Shown here piece by piece: positions 28,686 to 42,101 of a stretch of DNA of 64,000 nucleotides (positions are counted from its first letter, which is position 1; each line of letters begins with the position of its first letter). Both the position numbers and the translations under genes were made by a program. The notes beneath the pieces were generated by a model. That model made no database searches and was not told where the DNA came from. It saw only the letters and a list, made by a program, of their open reading frames with translations. Source of the stretch: the human T2T-CHM13v2.0 reference genome, Homo sapiens; the NCBI RefSeq assembly GCF_009914755.1, contig NC_060930.1, one strand, 5' to 3'.

Positions 28686-29511
28686 TATTTCCAATTTTTG
28701 AATGTTTTAAGACTTGTTTTGTGCCCTAGTATATAGTCTATTTTTGAGAATGATGTATTTGCTGAAGGAAAGTATATGTATTCTGTAGCCATTGGATGAA
28801 GTGTTCTGTAAACATCTATTTGATCCATTTGGTCTATAGTGCAGATTAAATCTCATGTTTCTTTGTTGATTTTTTGTCTGGAAGATCTATCCAATGCTTT
28901 AAGTGAAGTGTTGGAGTCTCCAGCTATTATTATATTGGGACCAGTCTCTCTCGTTGGGTCTGATAATATTTGTTTTATATACCTGGGTGCTCCAGTGTTT
29001 AGTGCATATATATTTAAAATGTTATATCCTCTTGTTTAACTGACCCCTTTATCATTATATAGTGACCTTCTTTGTCTCTTTTTATAGTTTTTGTCTTGAA
29101 ATCTATTTTGCCTAATATAAGTATAGCTACTCCAACTCTTTTTTGATTTCCATTGGCATGGAATATATTTTTCCACCACTGTATTTTCAGTGTATGTGTG
29201 TCTTTATAGGTGAAATATGTCTCTTGTAGGCAACAGATTAAAGGGTCTTGTTTTTTCATCCATTCAGCCACTCTGTGTCTTTTCATTGGAGAGTTTAGTC
29301 CATTTACATCCAATGTTAATATTGATAATAAGGACTTACTTTTGCTATTTTGTTATTTGTTTCCTGGTTGTCTTGTGGTATTGCCCTCCTTCTTTCTTTC
29401 CTTTCTGTCTTCCTTTAGTGAAGTTGATTTTCTCTGTTAATATGATTTACTTTCTTGCTTTTTACTTTTTGTGTGTCCATTGTAATTTTTTTTTTTTTTT
29501 TTTTTTTTTAG

Positions 29512-29843
<332 letters not shown>

Positions 29844-32800
29844 GAGGCTTGCAAATACTATCTTATAATCCATCATTTTAACCTGATAACAATTTAACAC
29901 TCTGCATAAGCAACCAAGCAAAAAGAAAACTAATAAAAACTTTATGTCTAAACTTTGTCTACCTACTTTTAATCTTTTTCTTGTTTCTAGTTATATGTTA
30001 TTTTACTGTCTACATCTCAAAAATTGTGCTAGTTGTTATTGTTTGATTGGTTCACTGTTTAGTCTTTCTACTTAGGATAAGAGTAGTTTACACACCACAG
30101 AAAGAGAGCATTATAATATTCTGTGTTTTTATGTGTACTCACTATTACCAGTGAGTTTTGTACATTCAGATGATTACTTATTGCTTATTAACATCATTTT
30201 CTCTCTGATTAAAGTACTCCCTTTAGTATTTCTTTTAGGACTTGTCTGGTGTTGATGAAACCCCTCAGCTTTTCTTTTTGTCTGGGAAAGTCTTTACTTC
30301 TCTTTTATATTTGAAGAATATTTTTATGGTATACTATTCTAGAATAAAAGTTATTTTCCTTCATGACTTTAAATTTGTCATACCACATTCTCCTGGCCTG
30401 TAAGGTTTCCACTGAAAAATCTACTGCCAGACATATTGAAACTCCATTGTATGTTATTTGTTTCTTTTCTCTTGTTGCTTTTAGGATCCTTTCTCTATCT
30501 TGATCTTTGGGAGTTTGATTATTAAATGCCTTGAGGTAGTCTTCTTTGGGTTAAATCTTCTTCGTATTCTATAACTTTCTTGTAGTTGTATATTAATATC
30601 TTTTTCTTGATTTAAGAAGTTCTCTGTGATTATCCCTTTGAATAAACTTTCTACACCTCTTTCTCCACCTCCACCTTAAAGCCAATAACTCTTAGATTTG
30701 CCCTTTTGAGGCTATTTTCTAGAACCTGTAGGTGTAATTCATTGTTTTTCGTTATTTTTCTTTGGTCTCCTCTGACAGTGTATTTTCAAATAGCCTATCT
30801 TCAAGCTCACTAATTATTTTGTCTTCATCCATTCTGCTATTAAAGAACTCTGATGCATTCTTTAGTATGCCAATTGCACTTTTCAGCTCCAGAATTTCCA
30901 CTTGATTCTACTATTTCAATCTCTTTGTTAAATTTATCTTATAGCATTCTGAATTCTTTCACTGTTGTTATGTTGAATTGCTTTGAATTTCCTCAACACA
31001 GCTATTTTGAATTCTCTGTCAGAAAGGTAACATATCTCCATTTCTCCAGGATTGGTCTCTAGTGCTCTATTTACTTCATTTAATTAGGTCATGTTTTGCT
31101 GGATGGTGTTGATGCTAGTAGATGTTCTTCAGTTTCTGGGCATTGAAGATTTAGGTATTTATTGTTGTCTTCACAGTCTGAGCTTGTTTGTACCTGTTCT
31201 TCATGGGAAAGCTTTCCAGATATTCAAAAGCTCTTGGGTGTTGTAATCTAAACTGTATCTGCTTTATGGGGCACACCAAGACCAGTAGCACTGTGATTCT
31301 TGCAGACTCATAGAGGCACCACCTTGACCATATTGGACAAGATCTGGGAGAATTCTCTGGATTACCAAGAGAGACTCTTGTTCTCTTCTTTTACTTTTTC
31401 CCAAACAGGGTCTCTGTCTCTCTGTTCTGAGCCATCTAAATCTGTGGGTGGAGTGACACAAACACCCCTGTGGATACTATCACTATGACTGTTCTGGGTC
31501 AGACCTGAAGCCAGCACGGCCGTGGGTCTTGTCCAAGGTCTGTTATAACCACTCCCTGGCTATTGCCTATGTTCCCTCAAGGTTCTGGGGCTCTACAATC
31601 AGCAGGTGGCAAGGCCAGCCAGCTCTGTGTCTTTCCCTTGAGGGTGTCAAGTTCCCCCAAGCCCTGTGTAGTTGAGAGGTACCATCCAGGAGCCAGGGAC
31701 TAGAGTCAAAAAACATAGAATTGTTCCTGGTTTTTTATTGTACTTGTAGCTGAGCTGGCACTCAAATCATAAGATACAGTCCTTCCCAGTCTTCCCTCCC
31801 ATTTCCAGAGGCATAGGAGCCTCCCCTAATAGGCCCTACCACCACAGGCAACAGGTAGTACTGCCTGACTACCACTGATGTTCCATTAAGGCTCAATAGC
31901 TCTTAAGTCAGCTTGTGGTGAATGCTGCCTGGCCTGGGACTCACCATTCAGGTCAATGGGCTCCTCTCTGGCCCAAAGCACATACAGAAACGTCATCTGA
32001 GAGTCAAGTCCCAGAACTAAGGGCCCCCTTGGTTCTCTACCCCACTGTGACCATGCTTGTAACTAAAGTGCAAGACAAAGTCCCCTTACTTTTCCCTCTG
32101 CTTTTATCAATCAGAAGTGGTTATTCAGGGTCGAAGGGGTCTTCAGTTATCAGGTGATGAATGCTGTCAGGACTTCATTCAACCTGTCAGGATGGACCCC
32201 TTCAAAGCAGCAGATTTCCTTCTGGGCCAGGATGTGTATAAAAATGTCATCTTGAGAGGTAGGACCCAGAACTGGAGCTTCACAACTCTGACTGGTTCAC
32301 TATTCTACTATGGCTGAGCTAGTGTCCAAGATGACAAAGTCATCCCCCTCTTCCATTTTCTCTCCTCAAATGGAAGGAAGTGATCTCTTTTGGAGCTGCG
32401 AGTGTGCAGACTGTGTATAGGGAAGGAGTGATGCCAGCACTCCCTTAGCTTCCCCCTCATTAGGTCACATGCCCCCTTAGTCCACTGTCTCTGTGACCAT
32501 TTCAGCACTAGGACTCACCTACATGTTGCAGTCCTTATGGCCTAGATTACCTTTCAAGTCTACTTAGAGACACAGATCACTGCAGCCCTTGACGGCGAGG
32601 TATGCAGGCACGTAAGTTTAGACCACTGGGATCAGCAATTGTCCTCTGGCTAGGGCTGGTTTAAATGCTCCCTCCATGGGCATCAGCTAAATTTGGTCTG
32701 GTTTTCCTTTCTACCCTAACAGGCCAGTACTGAGTTCAATGTCTCACAATTACCCGGAGAGTATCTCTGGGCACTGGGGAAAGGAAAGCACAACAATTGT

Positions 32801-33149
32801 GAAGCAATGAACTCAGCCTTGTCCTGTTGAGCAGAAAGGGAGGAGGAGGTTCCAAGTGAGGGTTTAGGGGATGGAATTGACAATTCAGGACTGTTTTTGC
32901 TACCTCTTCAGTTCCACTTTCAGTGATATGAAGTTAACACCAGGTGCTGTGAGGGCTTACCAGATTTTTGGATCTTATGAAGGTGTTTCCTGTTTGTAGA
33001 TCGTTGTTAAATTGGTGTCCTTGAAAGGGAGACTATGAGTAAAGCCTTCTATTCTGCCATCTTGCTCCACCTCCCCTAACAAATATTTCTTAAAATAACT
33101 TTTCTATTTTCTGGTTCAAGGAAAGAAATAAAAATACAGTAACACATTT

Positions 33150-33340
33150 AGAGAATGCTTTCTTTTTATTAAGGACTATATTAAGACTGCTTTACATATG
33201 TAATGTCATGTAATCCTTACAGCAACTCTGTGGACAAAATACTATTATTTCAATGTTACAAATAAGGAAATTGGACTTTGAGTAACATAATCAAATACAA
33301 GCAGTAACTGTAGAAGTAGGAATTGAACCCAAAATTATCT
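33150..33340 (-). mobile_element. MIR
   Basis: TAATCCTTACAGCAACTCTGTG...TTACAAATAAGGAAATTG MIR core. Confidence 0.6.
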
Positions 33341-33754
33341 TTTCATATTATGTACTATGTTAATTACCACCAGAAAATCCTTCTTTAGATAAAAAGTATC
33401 CCACAATGGAATGACCCCAAGGTATAAATTATTCTATTGCTTAAAAGGAATGCCATGCTATTTTTCTACAAGAAAAAAAAAATGTTCAAACTTTTTATGG
33501 TCAATTTCATATTTGTATAGGACAGCTATCTTTTGTCTATAAAATCTGTTCTTCCAGAAATAATTCACTGTAGTATGAAGATTCTGCTCCATTAGTCAGG
33601 GAGATCAGGTTCCAACTGTGTTCTGACATAAATATGATGAGTGACATATGACTGACTACCTTAACTCTCTGTGACTGGTTCTTTGCAAAATGATGAAAAT
33701 GAGCAAGACTTGGGTATTTTTCTGTGTTTTTTATGTTTTGTTTTTTACCCCTAG

Positions 33755-33905
33755 ATGAGTCACCTAGAAAGCTTTTACAAAGTACTATACTAGGTCTCAA
33801 GCCAAATCTATAAAATCAGAAGCTCTGGTGGTGGGTTGTAGGCATCATATGTTTTAAAAGCTCTTCAGCTTTTGCTATTGAGCAGCCAATGTTGAGAATT
33901 ATTAG
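33755..33905. mobile_element. MER5-type hAT DNA transposon relic
   Basis: GAGTCACCTAGAAAGCTTTT...AATCAGAAGCTCTGG...TTTTAAAAGCTC...GCAGCCAATGTTGAGAA. Confidence 0.6.
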
Positions 33906-35294
33906 GTGGCTTAAATAACTAGATGCATGATGGATGAGGTCATTTTCAGTAGTAACAATTTATAATTCTATGACCAACCCAACTATACCCTGAACTATTT
34001 CTTTTGTCAGGATAAATTTATTGAGTGCTTATTTTAAATCTGTCAGTGTGCCAAATAGGGAAGACATAAAGATAAACTTTCCATGCTCTCCAGGTTAACT
34101 TACAGTCCTGAAGAAACTTATGACTTTCCATTAGCATAGACGGTGAATCCTATGAATATACATTTTTTATTGAACTCTATTAGGGAAGATGCTAGAGGTC
34201 ATTACACCTTGATATCAATTTATATAATTGTTCTGCTGCCAAAAGACAAGAGACAGAAAAGATTCCTTCTTCATATCTTTACATATCAACTTTTAAAGTA
34301 AATTATTTACTTTTTTACTGTATTTTTATCAGTGATAAATTTATATCCTTTATCCACACTAACGTGAAAAATTTAACCCAAAATATTGCTTTGATATGGC
34401 AGGTATTTAGAAGTCATTGGTTCAATTCTTCCATCAATGAACAGATTAGTAAAGTGATTTGAGTGATTTGCTTACCATCATACTTATGGCTTATACCTTA
34501 TTGTCGTTAACAGATTTCAAGTGTCGTGTTCTCAGCTCAGTGATCATCCTACTAGAGTCACTATTTCATCCATCATATTTCACCCAATATATTCACGTAG
34601 GTAATATATTGTTTGCTTAAGTGTCAGAAGATGTGGAATGGTGTGTTATGTTTGCTTGATGGCAAATCATAATACTCTTTGTGGTAATCATAATAAATAC
34701 AATTCAGTATTGTTTGAGAAATCACTTCTTTTCAGACATTTATTTGACCTTGAATTTTAAATAGAGTAACATTTTAAATCAAGGAGGAAATATTACAGAT
34801 ATTGGCATTCCTCATGGGTTTTCTTTATTATGCATTATATTTTATCTCACTAAATTGATAATATAAATTTTAACTTTTCTTGTGCAAATATATGTTAAAA
34901 AGGGACTAATTATGATTCGCAGCTACCAAAGTAAACCTTCTAAATTTGCACTTCTTTTTTGAGATGTCTTGAGTTTTATAGGCATACTCCTATCACAGCA
35001 GGTTAAGAGGTAGATAAACAAATATTTTATTTATTTGTGGGTTTTTTTTCTACTTTGCAATTAACTTTTTCTCCAAATCACTGAGGAAGATGGTTTTGTA
35101 GCTTGGCACATTAAGTTCATGTTTTGCCCATTAAAGTAATTTAACTCTTAACATCAATGATAACTGACCTGGGAGGTGTAGAAGTAGCAGCGAAGGAGAA
35201 TGCAAAGGAGAAACTAAAAATATTGGAGGAAAATAGTAAGTTGAGACCTTAGAACTGACCATTATTTTTAACAGTGACTTCACTGGTGACTTTT

Positions 35295-35776
35295 GATGGA
35301 GTGCAAGAAACAATGCCCCAAATTATGGCTCACTGGCATTTGAGAAAACAGAAAAGGCAAGGTCTCTCTGACCTTTTCCTGCTGTTCGTTGAAGCAGGTC
35401 ATAAAATCTAGGCAGGTTATATTCTGACTTCCTTCCTCCTTTTTCTCATGAAGACCCTAATGTGAGAGTTGTGATCTTTTATACTGGAAGTAAAGAATAA
35501 AAACACAGAGAAGAATCTGAACAAACAGCCTATGTTCACTCCAGTTTATTACCATTAGATCATACCCCTTTTTTCCAATAATACTTCTATGCAACTGTCC
35601 ATTCTTCACTGCATTTAGGAATAAAACACAGTTTTGGGGGTCTTCATTTCTGAAGTCTCCTGTGTCACAAAAAACTCTTGAATACATTTGTATACTTTTA
35701 TTAATCTGTCTTTTTTAATAAGAGTGTCACCATGAACTTTGCAATGGGTGAGAAAAATAGCGTTTTTTCCTCTACA
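35295..35776 (+). mobile_element. MER34/MER39-like ERV1 solo LTR
   Basis: ATGCCCCAAATTATGGC...GAGAAGAATCTGAACAAACAG...TTTATTACCATTAGATCATACCC...GGTCTTCATTTCTGAAG...CCTCTACA. Confidence 0.7.
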
Positions 35777-35954
35777 CCTTGATGAGAATATTTTCAACTG
35801 AGTGCTGGGTTCAAAGATTGATCAGAGTGGGTTCAAGAAGAGAGAGTTGATTATAGACACCTATGTTGAGGTGCTTTGCTACAATGGGGAGCAAATGCAT
35901 GGAATAGAAATTGGGGGAAGAAATGGTGTAATGAAGGAGAGGTTTTGTTTGTTA

Positions 35955-36665
35955 GTTTTGTTTTATTGTTATTTCAATAGTTTTTGGGGAACAGGTGGCG
36001 TTTGGTTACATGAATAAGTTCTTTAGTGGTGATTTCTGAGATTTTGGTGAACCCATCACCTGAGCAGTGTACACTGCAACCAGTGTGTGGTCTTTTATCC
36101 CTCAAGCCCCTCTCACCCTTCTCCCAGGGTCCCCAGAGACCATTATGTCATTCTTATGCCTTTGAGTCCTCATAGCTTAGCTCCCTCTTATAAATGAGAA
36201 CATATGATGTTTGGTTGTCCATTCCTGAGTTACTTCATTTATAATTTCATTTCCATTCCTGAGTTACTTCACTTATAATAATGGTCTCCAACTGCATCCA
36301 GGTTGCTGCAAATGCCATTATTTCATTTCTTTTTATAGCTGAGTAGCGTCCTGTGGTGTATATACACACATTTTCTTTATCCACTCATTGGTTGATGAGC
36401 ATTTAGGCTGGTTCCACATTTTTGCAATTGTGAAGTATGCTGCTATAATTATGTTTGTGCAAGTGTATTTTCCATATAACTACTTACTTCTTTTCCTCTG
36501 AGTAGATACCCAGTAGTGGAATTGCTGGATCAAATGGTAGTTCTACTTTTAGTTCTTTAAGGAATCTCTGTACTGTTTTTCATAGTGGTTGTACTAGTTT
36601 ACATTTCCAACAGCAGTGTAAAAGTGTTCCTTTCACCACATGCATGCCAACCACTATTTTTTTTC
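35955..36665 (-). mobile_element. L1PB1-like 3' fragment (copy A)
   Basis: GGTTACATGAATAAGTTCTTTAGTGGTGATTTCTGAGATTTTGG L1PB 3'UTR. Confidence 0.85.
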
Positions 36666-37051
36666 AGACTTAAAAATAGATTTTTTCAGCATAGTAATAC
36701 ATATGACTTTTTATTTATTTATTTATTTATTGTTACATGAATAAGTTCTTTAGTGGTGATTTCTGAGATTTTGGTGCACCCATCACCCAAGCCTTGTACT
36801 CTGTACCCAACGTGTAGTCTTTTATCCCTTACCCAGCTCCCACCTTTCCCCCTGAGTCCCCAGAGTTCATTGTATCATTATTATGCCTTTGCATCCTCAC
36901 AGCTTAGCTACTACTCATAAGTGAGAACATACAATGTTTGTTTTTCCATTCCTGAGTTACTTCACTTAAAATAATTGTCTCCAATTCCATCTAGATTGCT
37001 GCAAATGCCATTATTTCATTCCTTTTTATGATTGAGTGGTATTCCATGGTG

Positions 37052-37156
37052 TATATATATATAAATTATATATATATATAATTTATATATATATAAATTA
37101 TATATATATAATTTAAAATTATATATATATAATTTATATATATATATATTTATATT
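37052..37156. repeat. Palindromic AT-only repeat
   Basis: (TA)n blocks separated by TAAAT/ATTTA; 37052-37095 is a perfect 44-bp palindrome. Confidence 0.9.
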
Positions 37157-37984
37157 CCACATTTTCTTTATCCACTAGTTGATTGATGAGTATTTGGGCT
37201 GGTTCCATATTTTTGCAATTGCAAATTGTGCTGCTATAAACATCAGTGTGCAAGTATCTTTTTTATATAATGACTTCTTTTTCTCTGTGTAGATACCCAG
37301 GTGTGCAATTGCTGCATCAAAAGATAGATCTACTTTTAGTTCTTCAAGGAATCTCCACACTGTTTTCCATAGTGGTTTTACTAGTTTACATTCCCACCAA
37401 CAGTGTAGAAGTGTTCCCTTTTCACAACATTCATGCCAACATCTATAATTTTTTCATTTTTAGATTATGACCATTCTTGCAGGAGTAAGGCAGTATTGCA
37501 TTGTGGTTTTGATTTGCATTTCTCTGATAATTAGTGATGTGCATTTTTTCATATATTTGTTGGTCATTGGTTTCCATCTTTATTTCTCTGGGTCCTCCTT
37601 GAGTAGCTTAATAACCAACCTTCTGAATTCTTTTTCTGGCTGTTCAGAGATTTCTTATTGGTTTGAATCTGTTGCTGGAGAGCTGGTGTAATCATTTGGT
37701 GGTGTTATAGAACCTTGCTTTGTCATATGACCAGAATTACTTTTCTGGTTCCTTCTCATTTGACTAGACTGTTTCAGTGGAAGGATCTGGAACTCAAGAG
37801 CTGCTGTTCATATTATTTTGCTCTACAGGGTTATCCTTTGATGTGGTGCTCTCCTCCTTACTCTAGGGAAAGGGCTTCCTGAGAGCCAGATTGCAGTTAT
37901 TGTTATTGTCTTTCTGTATTTAGTCACCCAAAGGGGCTACCAGGCTCTGGGCTGGTGCTGGAGAATGTCTGCAGAGTCCTGTGA

Positions 37985-38148
37985 TGTGACCCATCTTAAG
38001 GTCTCCCAGCCATGGGTACCTGCACCTGCTCCAGTGGAGGTGGCAGGGGAGTGAAGTGGACTCTGGTGTGAACCATCTTAAAGTCTCCCAGCCATGGATA
38101 CCTGCACCTGCTCCAGTGGAGGTGGCAGGGGAGTGAAGTGGACTCTGG
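37985..38148. repeat. 82-bp tandem duplication in the L1PB 5' region
   Basis: Units 37985-38066 and 38067-38148 differ at 3 positions. Confidence 0.92.
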
Positions 38149-38724
38149 GAGTCCTTGGTTGTAGTTTTGTTTCGTGCACTGGCTTTCTCAAATACTGATT
38201 ATGCTAGCAGTGAAGTTGTCATGTGGACAGACTCAGGACCTCTGGTTAGCCAGGGTGTTGCAGGAGGTGGAATTAGCTGTTGTTTTCTCCTTCTCCGGAG
38301 CAGGCTTGTTCTATTATGAGTTGCTGTAACAGCTTGAGTTGGTTGGCCTCCAGTCAGGATGTGGCACTTTCAAGAGAGCATCAGCTGCAGTAGTAAAGGG
38401 GGATATAATCTTACCCTACTTTGGCCAGGATGTGTACTCGTGTTTCTCAGGTGATGGGTGGGGCCATATAGCTCCCAAGAGATTATGACTTTTTTCTTCA
38501 GAGTTTTTCAGCTGTCTCACAGCACTTGGCAGCAGCAAACCACTTTTTTCAAAGGGTCTGTGAATTCTTTCAGCTTTCCTGGTTTATTGCTGTGGTGGTT
38601 CTTGGAGCAAAAGTTCACAATGTGAGTCTCCAGACGTGTTTTTTTTTTCTGTCTAAGTGGGAGCTGCATATTAGTCCTGTCTCCTATCTCCCATTTGTTT
38701 TTATAGACATTTTTGTTTGTTTTG

Positions 38725-40200
38725 TTTAGGATAATAAAACTAGCAGTATACTTATAATCTGATGATTTGGTAGAGAGAAAGAGAAAGCAATGACATAGGC
38801 GACAGAGAGGAGATTTGCTGGAACAATGACCTGAATTGAATGTGGAAACTTGTAGGATTTAGATAAGGGCAAGCTTATTAATCTCTGTAACACCATAGAA
38901 TGCAAAGTCTGTAAGGGCAGATTATGGTAGAATGGTAATGGAAATCTGTGGAAGTTTTCTTCTGATTGTTTCCATTTTTTTAGGTAAGTAGAAAAGAAGA
39001 CCATCTTCTGAGAGAATGATTGTGAGAGAAAGTGTCAGAACTTTAGAAGAATGAGACGGTGTGAAGCTGTACTAGGGGAATACAGTATGATTGTCATGAA
39101 CTGTAAGAGCTCACTTGACATGTCATAGTCATGAACTCAAACAGACATCAGTGGGCTGGTTTTATGTTTTCCAGCAACCTGTCTACACAAGCACAAGAAC
39201 AGAGTTGATGGAGAATCGAATAAAATTGTGGTTATAATTTTTGCCAACATAATACAAAAAATACAGGGGCAAGGATGTTGATAGCATAGGCAGTGGAGTA
39301 ACTATAGTAATTGAATATGAACTTTACACTGGGTAATTTGAAAACAGTACATCAGGTGAGAGGCATTAAAGGAGTGACCAGATCAGAAGATTGGTAGTCC
39401 TATGAAATTGAAGTACTGCTAAGGTAGGGGTATTCAAGGCAGTAAACTGGAAAGGCACGAGGTGTAAGTAAGAGAATAGGACACACAAAATTGAAATTTG
39501 GAGACTTTGAAATTATTGGCCTTGGCAGTGTCTGAGCCATAAGATTGAGTGGCTGAGGTTGAATGAAAGACAAGATCATTGGAGTACAAGATCTGAAGGC
39601 TGGTGAGGAAGGTTCATCCACTTTCTACTGAGAATTTACATTTTCAGTGAAATCAAGAATTAACACAGGAATAGTATTAAAGAAAATAACAATGAGTTTT
39701 AGGAGTTAAAACCTTGGAGAGCTACAGGAAGTGACTTGGATCAGTACATGACTGTAAAAATGAGTGACAGTAGTTGATTTAGGAACTAGGAGGGAATAAC
39801 AGAAACAGTAAAGGGAAACAAGAATATCATCAATGCTACCTATGACCAGTAATACATAAGCTGAAGAAGAAAAGTATAGTTATACTTGAGGGGATTACAG
39901 GATAAGAAGTATCCTCAGAAAAAATCTAGGCTTCTGTGAGAACAAGGAGCTTTCCTTTATAGCTAAAGGACATTGCAGATTTTGCTGGTGGTGGACAATG
40001 AATTTTTAAGGGCAACCAAAATGTGTTTTTGGGAGTTGGGTACATATGAAAGATGGAGATAGAACAGGGCATGTGCAGAGCCCTATAGGAAATAGAATCC
40101 CAGAGATGAGAGGTGACCTGGGATTCTAGGACTTTCTACAAAAACTGGCATAAACAATAATATGATGGTGGTCCTGGTAGAATCAAAGGTAGAAAAGGAC
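38725..40200 (-). mobile_element. L2 internal relic (host of the MER34-like LTR and L1PBs; also 35230-35295, 35780-35945)
   Basis: Purine-rich decayed L2-like sequence, e.g. GAAGTTTTCTTCTGATTGTTTCCATTTTT and GACAAGATCATTGGAG. Confidence 0.5.
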
Positions 40201-40449
40201 AATGCTGTGAGTGATTGTGGAGGAGAGGAAGAATGAGAGGGCTTGTAAGGATGTCTCATGACTCCTATAGAAAGAGATGGAAGCTTTGTGGGGCAAGGCC
40301 TTTCTCAGAACAGGGCCCTTGGTGCTGACCTCTCCAGAAAAATCAGTAGGCCTGCTCATTGATTTATTCAATGCAATTAGGAACCTGACATTGCCTAATC
40401 TGGATTAGGGTATGCAACCTCTTTTGAGCTTTGTAAATTTAGTAATCAC

Positions 40450-41000
40450 ATAAATTTGATTATGTCCTTGCCCACTTTAAAATATTGAAATCTTCTCTAA
40501 TATCATCCCAAAAGGATAATTTTCCATTTTTAGCATGGCATGTACATTCTCCAATATTGATTCCAGCTCATCCTTTTCCATTTACCATTATCTCCCACCC
40601 TAGATTAAACCATCTTGGAGGACCTGTTGCCATCTAAACAATCACATTCTTTTACCTTCCCAGTATGCTTCCCAGAGCCACAAGTCTGCCAGCACCATGT
40701 ATCCATCTGGAAGTCCCAGTCTCTCTTCTCTGCTTCTCAAACATACTTTTCTGTAACATGTTTACCTACCTCTCCCAAACAGTCAATCACTCCTCCGTGC
40801 TCACTAAGCGCTATGCACACAGTTCTATCATAAAACTTACCCATTTCATAATAATTATTGTTTACATGCCTAATTCCATCAGTAGACTCTGGATTCAAGG
40901 GAAGAGTTCTAATTTTATACTTCTTTGGATCCTCAATGTACAACATGACACCTGACACAAAACAGCAATTCAATTATTGTTTGTTTAGGTTAGTTAATGG
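40450..41000 (+). mobile_element. L2 3' fragment
   Basis: GATTATGTCCTTGCCCACTTTAAAA...TAGCATGGCAT...AGTAGACTCTG...ACACCTGACACA...CAATTATTGTTTG. Confidence 0.55.
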
Positions 41001-42101
41001 TTAATAATAAATTCTAAAATGATAAATGAAAACACAAATTTTAATCATAAAATGAATTTCACCAGTTGAAGATTCATTTAGTTTCCAATTCTTTGTAACA
41101 TGCAAAATCCTTTTGAAGTTTTAAGAATATTAAATATTCATTACTGAAAATCAAGTAAAGCACTCAAGATTAGCAGAGAAGAATAACTGTATTCTAATTA
41201 TAACTACAGCATCTACTGATGGAAATATGATGTTAAAAATTCATATAACTTTTTGATTAAGTTTTCTCATCTGTACCAGAGAGAGACAACAGTATCTATC
41301 CTGGTATGTAAGGTTATTGTGAGACTAAAACAAAATAATACATGTGAATGTCCTTCATTAAACATGAAGTGCCATATACATGGCAACACTGGGAGACTTA
41401 CTTCCATGTCTAGCTGGGATCAGGTCTTTTAAGACATCAGAAGTTAGAGGGGAAAGAGGATGCTGATGAAGAAAGGTATTAGAATAATAGGAATTTCTTT
41501 AAAAGAGGCCCTTCAAGGGAAGTTAGATCCACATCACATGTGATCTAGGGTAGCCTGGCTCTGGGTTGTTCAACTACAAGCCACTGCAAAATCAAGGGCC
41601 CTGGGGAATAGAGGAAGAATGGAAGAAGGAAGAGCAAAGCAGTAAAGAATGAGCAATTTCATTTGTTTAGCAATTTTGCCTAGATGAATATGGCTGTTTT
41701 ACATATTAATTTAGTCTAATATATTTCAGGAAAATATGTTTTTTAGAATTTCACATAAAAATGGAACTACTTAAGAAAATTTCTGCATGTAAAAAGGAAT
41801 ATGATGTTAGTTGAATATTATCTTAGTTTCAGATATTTACTAAATAAAACTTTTTAGTATTTTTTACCAGCATTAATTCAAACTGACATACTTGGAAATT
41901 TGTTTTGAAAGGTACAACTGTTCAATAAATGTCATTTTAAAAAGAATCTCAGCATACAATTTAAAGTTGCTAGCAGATACAGAAAGCGGTAGATCTTTGA
42001 GAGGTTCAGATTTATTCTCCCTTCATAAATAGTTTTTGTTTTAAAGAACCACATGCAGGCTTTGACTATGACTTACATAACTTCTATAAAATAAATAAAT
42101 T

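Larger units (their letters stand above)
36708..38700 (-). mobile_element. L1PB1-like LINE-1 (copy B): 3' end joined to ORF1 start and 5'UTR
   Basis: 3'UTR and ORF2 end 36708-37568, then L1PB ORF1/5'UTR sequence (TCCTCCTTGAGTAGCTTAATAA...TTAGTCCTGTCTCCTATCTCCCAT). Confidence 0.82.

Noticed and set aside
37985-38148. Direct repeats as a possible CRISPR-like or novel array
   Set aside because: Only two adjacent units, no spacers, inside a eukaryotic L1.
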